64,000 bases of DNA from Parcubacteria group bacterium (lineage in GTDB: Bacteria; Patescibacteriota; Patescibacteriia; Buchananbacterales; UBA6539): NCBI GenBank assembly GCA_002687175.1, contig NYZP01000019.1, positions 14,629 through 78,628 of the forward strand, read 5' to 3'. A model generated the notes under the pieces. That model did not search any database. It was not told where the DNA came from and saw only the letters and a list, made by a program, of their open reading frames with translations. Within the stretch, counting starts at the first letter, position 1. The number at the start of each line of letters is the position of its first letter. Of the stretch, positions 27,589 to 37,262 are shown in pieces. The translations under genes were made by a program, and so were the position numbers.

Positions 27589-28503
27589 ATGGAACGCTTT
27601 AATCTACCTTACATAGTAGTCTTTATTCCTGCTTATAACGAGGAGGAATCAATTGAGGAAGTAATTCGAAAAATTAAAGAGACGTATCAAGGACCTAATC
27701 AAAAAGATTTTGTTCTTGATATTATAGTCGTAAATGATGGATCAAAAGACAACACTTTTGAAGCTGCTCAAAAAGCCGAAGTTAGAAAAATAGTGAATCA
27801 TCCTTATAATAAAGGTCTGGGAGCGGCTACCCGAACAGGTTTACAAACAGCTTTGGAGATGAACGCTGATGTTGCGGTTAAGATTGACGCTGATATGCAA
27901 AATGATCCCAAGGATATTGAAACGGTTGTTCGTCCAATTCTTGATGACCAAGCTGACAGCGTTTTTGGATCTCGTTTAATGGGCGGATTAGAATATAAGA
28001 TGCCATTTTATCGAGATATGGGAAATAAATTTTTTGCTTGGCTGACCTCTAAGATAACTGGGCTGAAAGTCACCGATGCGACAACCGGCTTGATGGCTTT
28101 TCATAAAAGGTATTTAAAAATTTTTACAATTATCAAAGATTATAATGAAACTCAGCAATTGATTATTGATTCTTGGGGTAAACACATGCGAGTAATGGAA
28201 GTTTCAACAGTATTTCACGAAAGAAAAACTGGTCAATCATTTATTAAAATTGGTTTCAAATATCCGGGGATTGTTATCCCAACAATGATCCGGATGTATA
28301 TGCACTTTAAACCATTACGATTTTTTCTGACAACTGGTTTAATTTTTATAATCGTGGGTATTCTCGGCGGACTTCATATCATATTCAATGGTGGTGAAAC
28401 AACATTGTTTGGTGACGCCGCCGTGACTATTACCACTATACTAGGCTTTCAAATCATATTCTTTGGTTTATTAGCTGACCAGGTAAGTTACCGCAGAAAA
28501 TAA
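27589..28503 (+). CDS. GT2 polyprenyl-phosphate sugar synthase (ArnC/GtrB-like) with C-terminal TM helices
   Basis: VVFIPAYNEEESIEEVI...VNDGSKDNT. Two C-terminal TM helices. It is adjacent to the aminotransferase, as in arnB-arnC. Confidence 0.75.
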   Translation: MERFNLPYIVVFIPAYNEEESIEEVIRKIKETYQGPNQKDFVLDIIVVNDGSKDNTFEAAQKAEVRKIVNHPYNKGLGAATRTGLQTALEMNADVAVKIDADMQNDPKDIETVVRPILDDQADSVFGSRLMGGLEYKMPFYRDMGNKFFAWLTSKITGLKVTDATTGLMAFHKRYLKIFTIIKDYNETQQLIIDSWGKHMRVMEVSTVFHERKTGQSFIKIGFKYPGIVIPTMIRMYMHFKPLRFFLTTGLIFIIVGILGGLHIIFNGGETTLFGDAAVTITTILGFQIIFFGLLADQVSYRRK

Positions 28504-28561
28504 AACAATTAAAGAAATTTACAAGTTAAAAAATTATTAGTAATTAAATATCAATTAATAT

Positions 28562-30016
28562 ATGAAGATACTACTCATTAACCCCCCTACTTTCAATATG
28601 ATTACTTCGGCTTTGCCCGGTGTCATTGAAGAGGAACGAGGAGTCAATCCCCCCTTAGGCATCCTGTATATTGCAGGTTACTTAAGAAAATTTACTGACC
28701 ATGAAGTAGAGATGTTTGATACTCAATTGGAAAAGTCTAGCTATGAGGAAATTGAAGAACGTATCAAGAAAAGTAATCCTGATGCCGTTGGTATTACGGC
28801 AATGACATTTACCATTATTGATGTGATAAAAATTTGTAAAATTATTAAAAACTTTAACCCTAACATTAAAGTTATTTTAGGCGGACCGCACATCAATATT
28901 TATCCAAATGAAACAATGGAAATTCCCGAGGTAGACTTTCTGGTAATGGGTGAAGGAGAAATGGTGATAAAAGATTTGGTCAACAATATTAATGATCAAG
29001 AAAAACTACATCAAATTACTGGATTAGTTTTTAGAGATGATGGACAAATTGTTAAAACCGGTGTCAGAGAACTACTTCAAGATTTAGATATCTTGCCTTT
29101 TCCGGCCAGAGAAATAACGCAATACAAAAAATACTCTTCTGTTTTGGCAACGCATAAAATTGTAACAACAATGTTTACTTCTAGGGGTTGCCCTTACAAA
29201 TGTTCATTTTGTGATCGACCGCATCTAGGCAAAAGATTTAGAGCTCGAACAGCAGCAAATGTCGTAGACGAAATGGAATTATGCCAAAACATGGGTATTG
29301 GTGAAATATTAATTTACGATGATACCTTCACTATTGATCGACGTCGTGTTGTTGCTGTATGTGAAGAGTACTTAAAAAGAGGTCTAAAGATAAATTGGGA
29401 CATCAGGGCCAGGGTTAATACTGTTGACACCGAACTACTAAAATTAATGAAAAAATCTGGCTGCACCAGAATTCATTACGGTGTTGAAGCAGGAACCGAG
29501 AAGATACTTAAGGTATTGAAGAAAGGAATTAACCGTAAAATGGTTAAAAAGGCCTTTAAATTAACTAATAAAGAAGGTATAGAAAGCTTAGCCTACTTTA
29601 TGATTGGTTCTCCAACCGAGACAGTAGATGATATTAAAGAAACAATAAAATTTGCTAAAAAAATAAAACCAAATTTTGTACACGCTACAGTTTTAATGCC
29701 TTTTCCGGCCACTGATATTTACTACCAAGGTCTAGAAAGTAAGGTAATAAAATCAGACCATTGGCGAGAATTTGCCAAAAATCCTACAGCCGATTTTAAA
29801 CCACATCTTTGGACTGAAAACTTTGATGAGAAAGAACTGTTTCAATTGCTGCGGTTATTTTATCATAAATTTTATCTGAGACCATCGTTCATCGTTAAAA
29901 AATTAGCTGAATTAAAGTCTTGGGATGAATTTGTTAGAAAATTTAAAGCTGGGATGAGCATCATAAAAATGAAAAAAAATCCGCACAAGTTAATCTCCGC
30001 TAGAGTTGCCGAATAA
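28562..30016 (+). CDS. B12-binding domain radical SAM enzyme (class B radical SAM methyltransferase-like), paralog 1
   Basis: N-terminal cobalamin-binding Rossmann region (ILLINPP...VGITAMTF), then the radical SAM cluster motif CPYKCSFC (CxxxCxxC). 484 aa. Confidence 0.75.
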   Translation: MKILLINPPTFNMITSALPGVIEEERGVNPPLGILYIAGYLRKFTDHEVEMFDTQLEKSSYEEIEERIKKSNPDAVGITAMTFTIIDVIKICKIIKNFNPNIKVILGGPHINIYPNETMEIPEVDFLVMGEGEMVIKDLVNNINDQEKLHQITGLVFRDDGQIVKTGVRELLQDLDILPFPAREITQYKKYSSVLATHKIVTTMFTSRGCPYKCSFCDRPHLGKRFRARTAANVVDEMELCQNMGIGEILIYDDTFTIDRRRVVAVCEEYLKRGLKINWDIRARVNTVDTELLKLMKKSGCTRIHYGVEAGTEKILKVLKKGINRKMVKKAFKLTNKEGIESLAYFMIGSPTETVDDIKETIKFAKKIKPNFVHATVLMPFPATDIYYQGLESKVIKSDHWREFAKNPTADFKPHLWTENFDEKELFQLLRLFYHKFYLRPSFIVKKLAELKSWDEFVRKFKAGMSIIKMKKNPHKLISARVAE

Positions 30017-30087
30017 TATATATCCAAAATTAAAAAACCAAAGTATTTATGGTTTTTTAATTTGACCAAAATTGAATTATCATAAAT

Positions 30088-31077
30088 ATGTCAATAGCAT
30101 CTTATTTACTCTCAAAATCAAACGTTAGAGAATTGGATAAGCTTATCGCCAAAACACCAATTCTAAAACATCCCAGAAAATTATTAGTTCAGGGGTTGAT
30201 TGATTATGAGTTTCCGGTTCATATTTTTATGGAGCTGACTAGTGCTTGTAATTATTTATGCTTAATGTGTCCACGAACCAAGCCGGGTACCTTAGTAGGT
30301 CATATGGAAATCGACGTGATAAAAAAAATTGTTGATGAAGCAAGTAAGTATGGTGGTAAGTCATTCTCACTCCACGGTTTTGGTGAACCATTCATGGCAA
30401 AAAATTTCGACTTTGCCGTCAAATATATTAAAGAGAAACATCCCCAAAATAATATTTTACTTACTAGTAACGGTTCAAGAATAACTGACGATAAAGCCAA
30501 AAAAATAGTTGAAGCCGGCGTTGATAATATATATATAAGTTTCACCAGTCCTGATAGAGAAACTGCTATTAAAAAAGTTGGCGTTGATCAACTCGAGATA
30601 TCTGAAAAAAATATTAATAACCTGATTAGAATTAAAAAAGAACTTAATTCAAAAACTCCAAAAATTTATGTTCGGTTAATTGTTGATGCCGAGACAAAAC
30701 CGCAGACAGAAGAATTTGTCAATCGTTGGAAAGACAAAGACGTAACAGTAGAGCTCAGAGAAGTACATAACTACGGTGGTGAAATTGAACAACGCATAGA
30801 AAAAAAGCTGCCTACGAGGCACCCTTGCTATCATCTATGGTTTGCTCCAATGATTCACTGGAATGGAGATTTTTCTATCTGCTGCGATGACTGGCCACGA
30901 AAAGCAGTTCTTGGCAGTATTAAAAATCAAAGCATCAATGAGATCTGGAACAGTCGAAAGATAAAAGAATTTAGAAAACTTCATCTCTCAGGACAATACG
31001 ATAAAATGTCGCTCTGTAAAAACTGTAATGTTTGGTCTGAGTACAACGACTTCTTCTTTAAACATCAAAAAAAGTAA
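30088..31077 (+). CDS. radical SAM protein with C-terminal SPASM/twitch-like Cys-rich domain
   Basis: CNYLCLMC (CxxxCxxC) at residues ~54-61. C-terminal cysteines CYHLW...CCDDWP...CKNCNVW suggest an auxiliary Fe-S cluster. Confidence 0.65.
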   Translation: MSIASYLLSKSNVRELDKLIAKTPILKHPRKLLVQGLIDYEFPVHIFMELTSACNYLCLMCPRTKPGTLVGHMEIDVIKKIVDEASKYGGKSFSLHGFGEPFMAKNFDFAVKYIKEKHPQNNILLTSNGSRITDDKAKKIVEAGVDNIYISFTSPDRETAIKKVGVDQLEISEKNINNLIRIKKELNSKTPKIYVRLIVDAETKPQTEEFVNRWKDKDVTVELREVHNYGGEIEQRIEKKLPTRHPCYHLWFAPMIHWNGDFSICCDDWPRKAVLGSIKNQSINEIWNSRKIKEFRKLHLSGQYDKMSLCKNCNVWSEYNDFFFKHQKK

Positions 31078-31090
31078 TACTTTTTAATAA

Positions 31091-32071
31091 CTATTTTCTA
31101 AGATCTTTTAGCTTGATTGGTTTGAGTATCCAGGCCACTAGGCCAAAAATAGTTGTAGCCACGGTGATTAGTAGTAATAACATTGAAAAAATTATTGCCT
31201 TCTCGGCAGCAACGTCTTTCAGACCAAATAATAAAATAACCAAAGCATCGCGAGTACCAATTCCATATATGCTAACTGGTACTAGACTGATCAGCATAGA
31301 TAGAGCCAAAACTATAGCAGTATAGATAAATCCAAGGTAGTCTAAATTCATTGCCTTAACTATCCACCACGACATTACAAACGACAATAACCATGAAAAA
31401 AAAGTTAGAAAAGAAATTACTAAGTAGTCATTCAACTTAAATTGTTTAAATCGTTCAACAAAATCTGAGAAAACTAAATTAGCATTTTTACGATATTTTT
31501 TGGGAGTTAACCCAAAAAATATTTTTTTTAAAACACTTTTATAAATTCCTTTCTTGTATACAATAAAAATTAATAAAATCAACACTATTAATATTACTAA
31601 AGAAAAAAATATTACACTACTGCTATCAAGATAGGACGTAAAATAAAAAAAACTTGCTAGGCAAACGATAAGCAGAAATAACAAGTCAGATAATCGGTCT
31701 AAAAAAACTGAGACAATACCAGGAACTAACGGGTGGCCATCGGATTTTAAATAGTATACTTTACTAAACTCCCCTATTCTAGCCGGCGTAAACGAACCGA
31801 TATAAATTGAAGATAAGTAAGCCAAAAATGAATCTTTAAAACTGTAACTAATACCCATCGTACTAAGTATCATCTTCCAACGAAAAGATCTAATCATAAT
31901 AATTGGTAGTCCTAAAAAAATGGCTCCTACTATATAGATGATGTCAATTTGATTCAATAAACTAAGATAATAGCCAAAGTCAATCTTCGATAAGATAAAA
32001 ATAAAAAGACCAATACCAAATAAGTATATCAGCTTATCTACCCTACTAAAAAACCAACGTCCTAAAGCCAT
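31091..32071 (-). CDS. flippase-like (UPF0104/lysylphosphatidylglycerol-synthase TM-region-like) membrane protein
   Basis: 326 aa with ~8 predicted TM helices. The N-terminal block GAIFLGLPIIMIRSFRWKMIL is typical of the UPF0104 family. Confidence 0.5.
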   Translation of the reverse strand: MALGRWFFSRVDKLIYLFGIGLFIFILSKIDFGYYLSLLNQIDIIYIVGAIFLGLPIIMIRSFRWKMILSTMGISYSFKDSFLAYLSSIYIGSFTPARIGEFSKVYYLKSDGHPLVPGIVSVFLDRLSDLLFLLIVCLASFFYFTSYLDSSSVIFFSLVILIVLILLIFIVYKKGIYKSVLKKIFFGLTPKKYRKNANLVFSDFVERFKQFKLNDYLVISFLTFFSWLLSFVMSWWIVKAMNLDYLGFIYTAIVLALSMLISLVPVSIYGIGTRDALVILLFGLKDVAAEKAIIFSMLLLLITVATTIFGLVAWILKPIKLKDLRK

Positions 32072-32078
32072 AAAATAA

Positions 32079-33791
32079 TTACTTTACTAGATTTAGGAAC
32101 CACATTTCATTAGTATAAACATCGGTTGGTTTCACTAACTCATCCTCTGCCGGAGCAGAAGAAATATTAATTACAGAAGTTTGTTCAAGAATTTTTACTG
32201 ATTGATCTTCATGAAAACCAACAATATATTTAACCCCAAATTTATCAAAAGCTGACTGCAACTCTCCTTCTGCTATTAGTCGATCAGTCGTTTCGGGAGA
32301 AAAGTAAACAAAAGATTTTTCTGCCAAGTAATTGAATAAGACATGCCCTTCTCTAAATGATGTAGCAATTATTTCATCGTCAGCTACCTCTGATTGTTTA
32401 ATTTGTTCACCAATATAAATTGCAGCTAAATTATCTTTGTCGTCGTAAGCTCGTCCCCAAAAAACATGGCTGGCAATCACTAAATTATAAACTACCAACA
32501 AAACAACAATAATATAAATTGGCCAAAGGAATCTTTTTAATTTAAAATAATCTTTTAATAATAAAAATATAGAACTTAATCCCAACGATACCAAAAGAGC
32601 AATCACCCAACCAAAATCTATTAACCTATTTCTGGTAGATAAGCCCAGATAAGATAACAAAAATAAAACACCAATCATCCAAAAAATAAAAAATTGAAAA
32701 AGTTCTTTACTAATATACTTCAATTTATACAAACCCAATAGCATTAACAGGGTTATTAAGGGACCGCCAATTGCTTCGATCGCCAAAAAACGTGACATGT
32801 GCTTCAAAAATATATTACTACCCACTAACAAGCGCTCACCAAAACCAATAGACCGTTCACCAATATTAGCTCCTACTTTTAAACGACCTAAAACAGTTGC
32901 AAAATCAGAATCAGTATTGGTGATTTGTTGCTCTAACTCTTGATCAGCATCACCTTTCGCAAAATGGTAAGTATAAGGATCAGCGTATAAATGTCCGTAA
33001 AGATGGTAGGCAGGCGATTTTAATTCCTCGGAAGCACCAGTTTTAAAAAGATATAAATTAGAATTTTCTTGACTAAGAAAACTTGGTGCCCAAAAAACTA
33101 ACAGCATTAATGCTAAAGGAATAAAAACTGATAAAATTTCCAGCTTCTTTTTATGGAACACTAAATAAATAAAAAATAGTGGCAAAAACATCATGAAAGT
33201 CTCTCTAGACATTACGGTCAAAGACAGAAAAAATCCTGCCAAAACCAAATAAATTATTTTTAATTTCTGATCTCGCCCCCAAAAATAAAATAAACTGAAA
33301 AGTGATAAATAAAAAAGAGCAAACTCGTAAGTAGCTAGAAACTGGGAGTGTTGCCATTGAAAAGGGAAAAAAATATAAATAAAAGGAAAAACCAGGGCTA
33401 TTGATGAACCAAATAAATAGAAAATAAGCACTGTAAACAATACTAGCGCTAGGGCATGCAATATAAAGCTGGTTATTAAAAGTTGATTAATACTTAGCTG
33501 CCCAATGGCTTTAAATAAGTAACCATACGAATAGTAAGTAAATTTGTTACTGACTGTGCTAGTATTAGCCCTTTCTTCGACTAAACTTGGGGCAACAAAA
33601 ATATTAAGGTTATCTTCCATACCAAATACATCCGATTGACTATAATTTCTAGCTATTAAAATACCATAACCCATTGGCTGTGATGAATAACCTTTTAACA
33701 AAACAGGCGAATACCAAACAGTAATCGCCAATAAAAAAATAAAAACTAAAAATATACTAAACAATAAACGAGTCTTCAGCCGTCTAGACAT
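32079..33791 (-). CDS. large polytopic membrane protein, putative GT-C-type glycosyltransferase
   Basis: 570 aa with many predicted TM helices, large loops and a C-terminal soluble domain. No diagnostic motif. Confidence 0.4.
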   Translation of the reverse strand: MSRRLKTRLLFSIFLVFIFLLAITVWYSPVLLKGYSSQPMGYGILIARNYSQSDVFGMEDNLNIFVAPSLVEERANTSTVSNKFTYYSYGYLFKAIGQLSINQLLITSFILHALALVLFTVLIFYLFGSSIALVFPFIYIFFPFQWQHSQFLATYEFALFYLSLFSLFYFWGRDQKLKIIYLVLAGFFLSLTVMSRETFMMFLPLFFIYLVFHKKKLEILSVFIPLALMLLVFWAPSFLSQENSNLYLFKTGASEELKSPAYHLYGHLYADPYTYHFAKGDADQELEQQITNTDSDFATVLGRLKVGANIGERSIGFGERLLVGSNIFLKHMSRFLAIEAIGGPLITLLMLLGLYKLKYISKELFQFFIFWMIGVLFLLSYLGLSTRNRLIDFGWVIALLVSLGLSSIFLLLKDYFKLKRFLWPIYIIVVLLVVYNLVIASHVFWGRAYDDKDNLAAIYIGEQIKQSEVADDEIIATSFREGHVLFNYLAEKSFVYFSPETTDRLIAEGELQSAFDKFGVKYIVGFHEDQSVKILEQTSVINISSAPAEDELVKPTDVYTNEMWFLNLVK

Positions 33792-33855
33792 AAATAAATT
33801 TTGAGATTTATCCTACTGTTGTTATTTTAAAATGACAATAAAATAACAATATGTA

Positions 33856-35286
33856 TTACATTTTAACAAAAATTCCTCTAAGCACAATAAACAATCCGCT
33901 AATACTATTTTTCAATTCACTAAAATTCAAATTCATTAATCTTTTAAAGATGTACTTTGGTCGAAAATAAAATGAGGTTACTGCTTTACGATATGCCTTA
34001 CTGAGCTCTTTGTCTGTCATTTTAGTGGCATTAATTTGTAATTTTTCATATCCATAATCGTTGATATCATTCTTGTCTATAAACCAATCATTCTCAATGG
34101 CCTGACCATAAAGGTCGGAGCCAGGAAAAGCCGTCAGATAAGTAAACGAAGCGTAATCTGGATCAATATCTCTTAGAAACTTTAAAGTCTCATCTAAAGT
34201 CTCTGTGGTTTCTCCGATGCCACCAAGGATCATATCAACGGCTGACTTAATCTTATATTTTTTAGTTAACCTCATTGCCTCTACCGCCTGTTCAATTTTA
34301 GCATCTTTATTGAGGTTATCAAGTATTTCTTGACTACCTGACTCAACGCCGAACGTGATAAGCGAGCAACCAGCCCTACTCATTAGATCTAAAATTTCGT
34401 CATCAACCCGATCTACTCTAGAATTACATGTCCACACAAAATCATAATTCTTGGCAATCATTAAACGACAAAGGTCAGCAACATTTCTTCTGTTTATCAA
34501 AAAATCACTATCTTTAAAATTAATTTCTTTGACATTATAATCTCTAACTAAAGTATCAAGATTTTCTATTGTTTTTTCTGGAGACTCACTACGATACTTA
34601 CGGCCAAACATTGAACGAACGCCACAAAAATTACAGTTGAAGGGGCATCCCCGACTTCTAATATAAGTTACGTAAGGTTTACGTGTTGAAGCTAGACTAC
34701 TGTATTTATCTAAGTCTAGAAGGTCGTAGGCAGGAAACGGTAAACTGTCAACTTCTGGCATCAGCTGCCGAAATTCGGTCCGTATTAATTTGTCACCTTC
34801 GTGATAAAGAATACCTTTAATTTTACTATAATCTGAATCACCAGCCTCAAACTGTTTTAATAACTCAATCATAGTAATTTCCCCTTCACCGACAACCACA
34901 AAATCATAATTTTTGTTTTGAATTACTTCATGAGGCCTAACTGTGGAATGATAACCACCACATATCACAATAGTGTTAGGATTTATTGACTTAACAATGT
35001 CGGCAACGTCTGTTGCTCCGTCAACGAGCAAACTAGTATAGCTAAGGCAAACTACTTCTGGTTTAAACTCGAGAAGTACTTTTTTGATATTTTTAATAGG
35101 ATCTTTTTCAACATTACCATCAAATAATTTAACCTGATAACCATTATCTCTTACCACTGAAGCTAACGCCGTGATACCTATTGGTGGATATTTTAATTTA
35201 CCCACGATCCGATAACTAACCGTGGTTGGTGGATGAATAAACAATATTTTTTTGTCTTTGACTAACACTTTGTCTTTGACTAACAT
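33856..35286 (-). CDS. B12-binding domain radical SAM enzyme, paralog 2
   Basis: ILFIHPP...VVCLSYTS B12-binding region, then CPFNCNFC. 476 aa, colinear with paralog 1. Confidence 0.75.
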   Translation of the reverse strand: MLVKDKVLVKDKKILFIHPPTTVSYRIVGKLKYPPIGITALASVVRDNGYQVKLFDGNVEKDPIKNIKKVLLEFKPEVVCLSYTSLLVDGATDVADIVKSINPNTIVICGGYHSTVRPHEVIQNKNYDFVVVGEGEITMIELLKQFEAGDSDYSKIKGILYHEGDKLIRTEFRQLMPEVDSLPFPAYDLLDLDKYSSLASTRKPYVTYIRSRGCPFNCNFCGVRSMFGRKYRSESPEKTIENLDTLVRDYNVKEINFKDSDFLINRRNVADLCRLMIAKNYDFVWTCNSRVDRVDDEILDLMSRAGCSLITFGVESGSQEILDNLNKDAKIEQAVEAMRLTKKYKIKSAVDMILGGIGETTETLDETLKFLRDIDPDYASFTYLTAFPGSDLYGQAIENDWFIDKNDINDYGYEKLQINATKMTDKELSKAYRKAVTSFYFRPKYIFKRLMNLNFSELKNSISGLFIVLRGIFVKM

Positions 35287-35306
35287 ATATGTAAATTTGA
35301 TATTAA

Positions 35307-35984
35307 TTAAAATTTTTTACCAACGATTAATTGGTTACACATTATTTTTCCTAAACCAATACGACTTAAAAAATTTTCATATTGCTTTTCAAATGGAATT
35401 TTAAAAAAAGGAAATAACATAAAGTATTTCGATTTGACTACTTTAAAATTACTATCTCTTAGAATTGCTTCTAATTTTTTTAAAGTAAACTTCTCATTGT
35501 GCTCTTCAGAAGGGGTATACCCAAACATTTCTGACATATTGTCATGCCAGGGATTTGCAACAGTCAAAATAACGATACCATCATCTTTTAAAGCCCTAAA
35601 ACACTCTTTGAGCACTTTATGAGGGTCTTCTAAATGATCAATAGCAGATATTATTATTATAACATGAAATGAGTTATTTGCAAACTCTAAATTTGCGGCA
35701 TCACCAAGCTTTAATTGAATATTTGGATCCTTGTTTGTATCAATTAAATCTTGGCTCATATCAATGCCAATGGCTTGATTAAACTTAAAAATTTTATTAA
35801 GTTTGCTCAACATTAAACCATCAGCTGTCCCAATATCTAAGCAGTTTAAATCAGAATAGTTACTAAAATTCTTTTTAATCACCCTTTTAACTTCATCGGT
35901 GCGACGATTTAAACGATAGATATAATCAATTCTTTTTTGTCTTTGATGATGATAATGTTTTTCTACTACTCCTGGCTCATGCAT
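35307..35984 (-). CDS. class I SAM-dependent methyltransferase
   Basis: Motif I CLDIGTADGLM. 225 aa. Confidence 0.65.
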   Translation of the reverse strand: MHEPGVVEKHYHHQRQKRIDYIYRLNRRTDEVKRVIKKNFSNYSDLNCLDIGTADGLMLSKLNKIFKFNQAIGIDMSQDLIDTNKDPNIQLKLGDAANLEFANNSFHVIIIISAIDHLEDPHKVLKECFRALKDDGIVILTVANPWHDNMSEMFGYTPSEEHNEKFTLKKLEAILRDSNFKVVKSKYFMLFPFFKIPFEKQYENFLSRIGLGKIMCNQLIVGKKF

Positions 35985-35990
35985 AAATTT

Positions 35991-37262
35991 TTATTCTAAT
36001 GATTCAAAATAAAACTTCTCTAACTTTCTGGCCTGTTTTTCTAAAGTAAAAAACTTAGTGACTCTTAACAAACCATTATTACCAAACTCCTGAGCTAAAT
36101 CTTCGTTCTTCAAAAGAGTTAATAATTTTTCAGCGAACCTGTCAATATTTAACGGATTAACAATAAAACCTGTCAAATCATTTATCACTAGCTCTTTCGT
36201 GCCACCGAAACAGGTTCCAACTACAGGTAACCCAGCGGCCATTGCTTCCAAATTAACAGTCGGAAAAGGATCAAGGTATATTGAAGGCACCACAACGATG
36301 TCTGATGCTTGGAAAGCAACAGCAATCTCCTCTCGATCTAACCAGCCTGTAAAAACTAGATTATCTTCAACTCCTAATTTCTTAGCAAACTCAATTAGCT
36401 TAAGTGCAACGTCACCTTTTTTGCCAGCGATCAATAATTTTGTTTGTGGAGCTTGATGAATTAATCTGGCCAATGCTGCTACTATTACTTCAGCGCCTTT
36501 AGCCCCGGAAAGTCGTCCGCCATATAAAATAATTTTATTACCCGCTAACCCATGTTTAATCTTAAATTTTTCCTTCTGATCCTTGTTAACTGTTGAAATA
36601 ATTGAATCAATTCCGTTATGAACCGTTATAATATTTCTAACACCGTTAGTCTCCAAAGCATTTTTTAATTCATCACAGACGCTAAAAATTTGATCGATAT
36701 ATTTTAAGTAATACCTAATAATAATATTACGAAAAGGGTTAAAACGTTTTTTAGAAAACCTTAAAAGATGCCAAACTGAAATTTTATAATTAAATTTTGG
36801 TTTATCAGACAAGTCATTATAATTTACAAACTCTCTAAACTTATCATAATGAACTAACATCATATCATGAACGGTTAAAAAAGTTTTGGCACCGAATTGC
36901 TTAGCCAGCTTGAAACAAGCATAAGATAATCGCCAATGCACATTATGAAAATGAACGATATCTGGTTGAATATCTGATATTAACTGTTTAACTCGCTTAA
37001 CAGTATTTTTATTATACAAACTGTGATAAGCGCGCCAGCGAACATGATGGTTAGTATAAATTTGAAAAATTGTTAAACCTTGATATTCAATTTTCTCTGG
37101 TAAATCAGATTCTTGAACAGTAGTGATTATATAAATCTTGTGTCTCAACTCTTTCATTTTTTTAGCTAAATTGTAAGCAACAATACCAGCCCCAGCCGAA
37201 TGAGGTGGAAAGGAGTCATTAAAATAAATGATTTTTAATTTTTTATTTAGTAGATCTGCCAT
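35991..37262 (-). CDS. GT4 family glycosyltransferase
   Basis: EX7E block PFPTVNLEAMAAGLPVVGTCFGGTKELV. Glycine-rich GGRLSGAKG nucleotide-binding loop. Confidence 0.8.
   Translation of the reverse strand: MADLLNKKLKIIYFNDSFPPHSAGAGIVAYNLAKKMKELRHKIYIITTVQESDLPEKIEYQGLTIFQIYTNHHVRWRAYHSLYNKNTVKRVKQLISDIQPDIVHFHNVHWRLSYACFKLAKQFGAKTFLTVHDMMLVHYDKFREFVNYNDLSDKPKFNYKISVWHLLRFSKKRFNPFRNIIIRYYLKYIDQIFSVCDELKNALETNGVRNIITVHNGIDSIISTVNKDQKEKFKIKHGLAGNKIILYGGRLSGAKGAEVIVAALARLIHQAPQTKLLIAGKKGDVALKLIEFAKKLGVEDNLVFTGWLDREEIAVAFQASDIVVVPSIYLDPFPTVNLEAMAAGLPVVGTCFGGTKELVINDLTGFIVNPLNIDRFAEKLLTLLKNEDLAQEFGNNGLLRVTKFFTLEKQARKLEKFYFESLE

Noticed and set aside
22845-31325. Small ORFs 22845-23045, 24900-25082, 26170-26373, 26940-27212, 29872-30069, 30300-30545 and 31113-31325 nested in larger genes
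   Set aside because: All are antisense to, or out of frame with, well-supported biosynthetic genes. They are AT-rich low-complexity translations.
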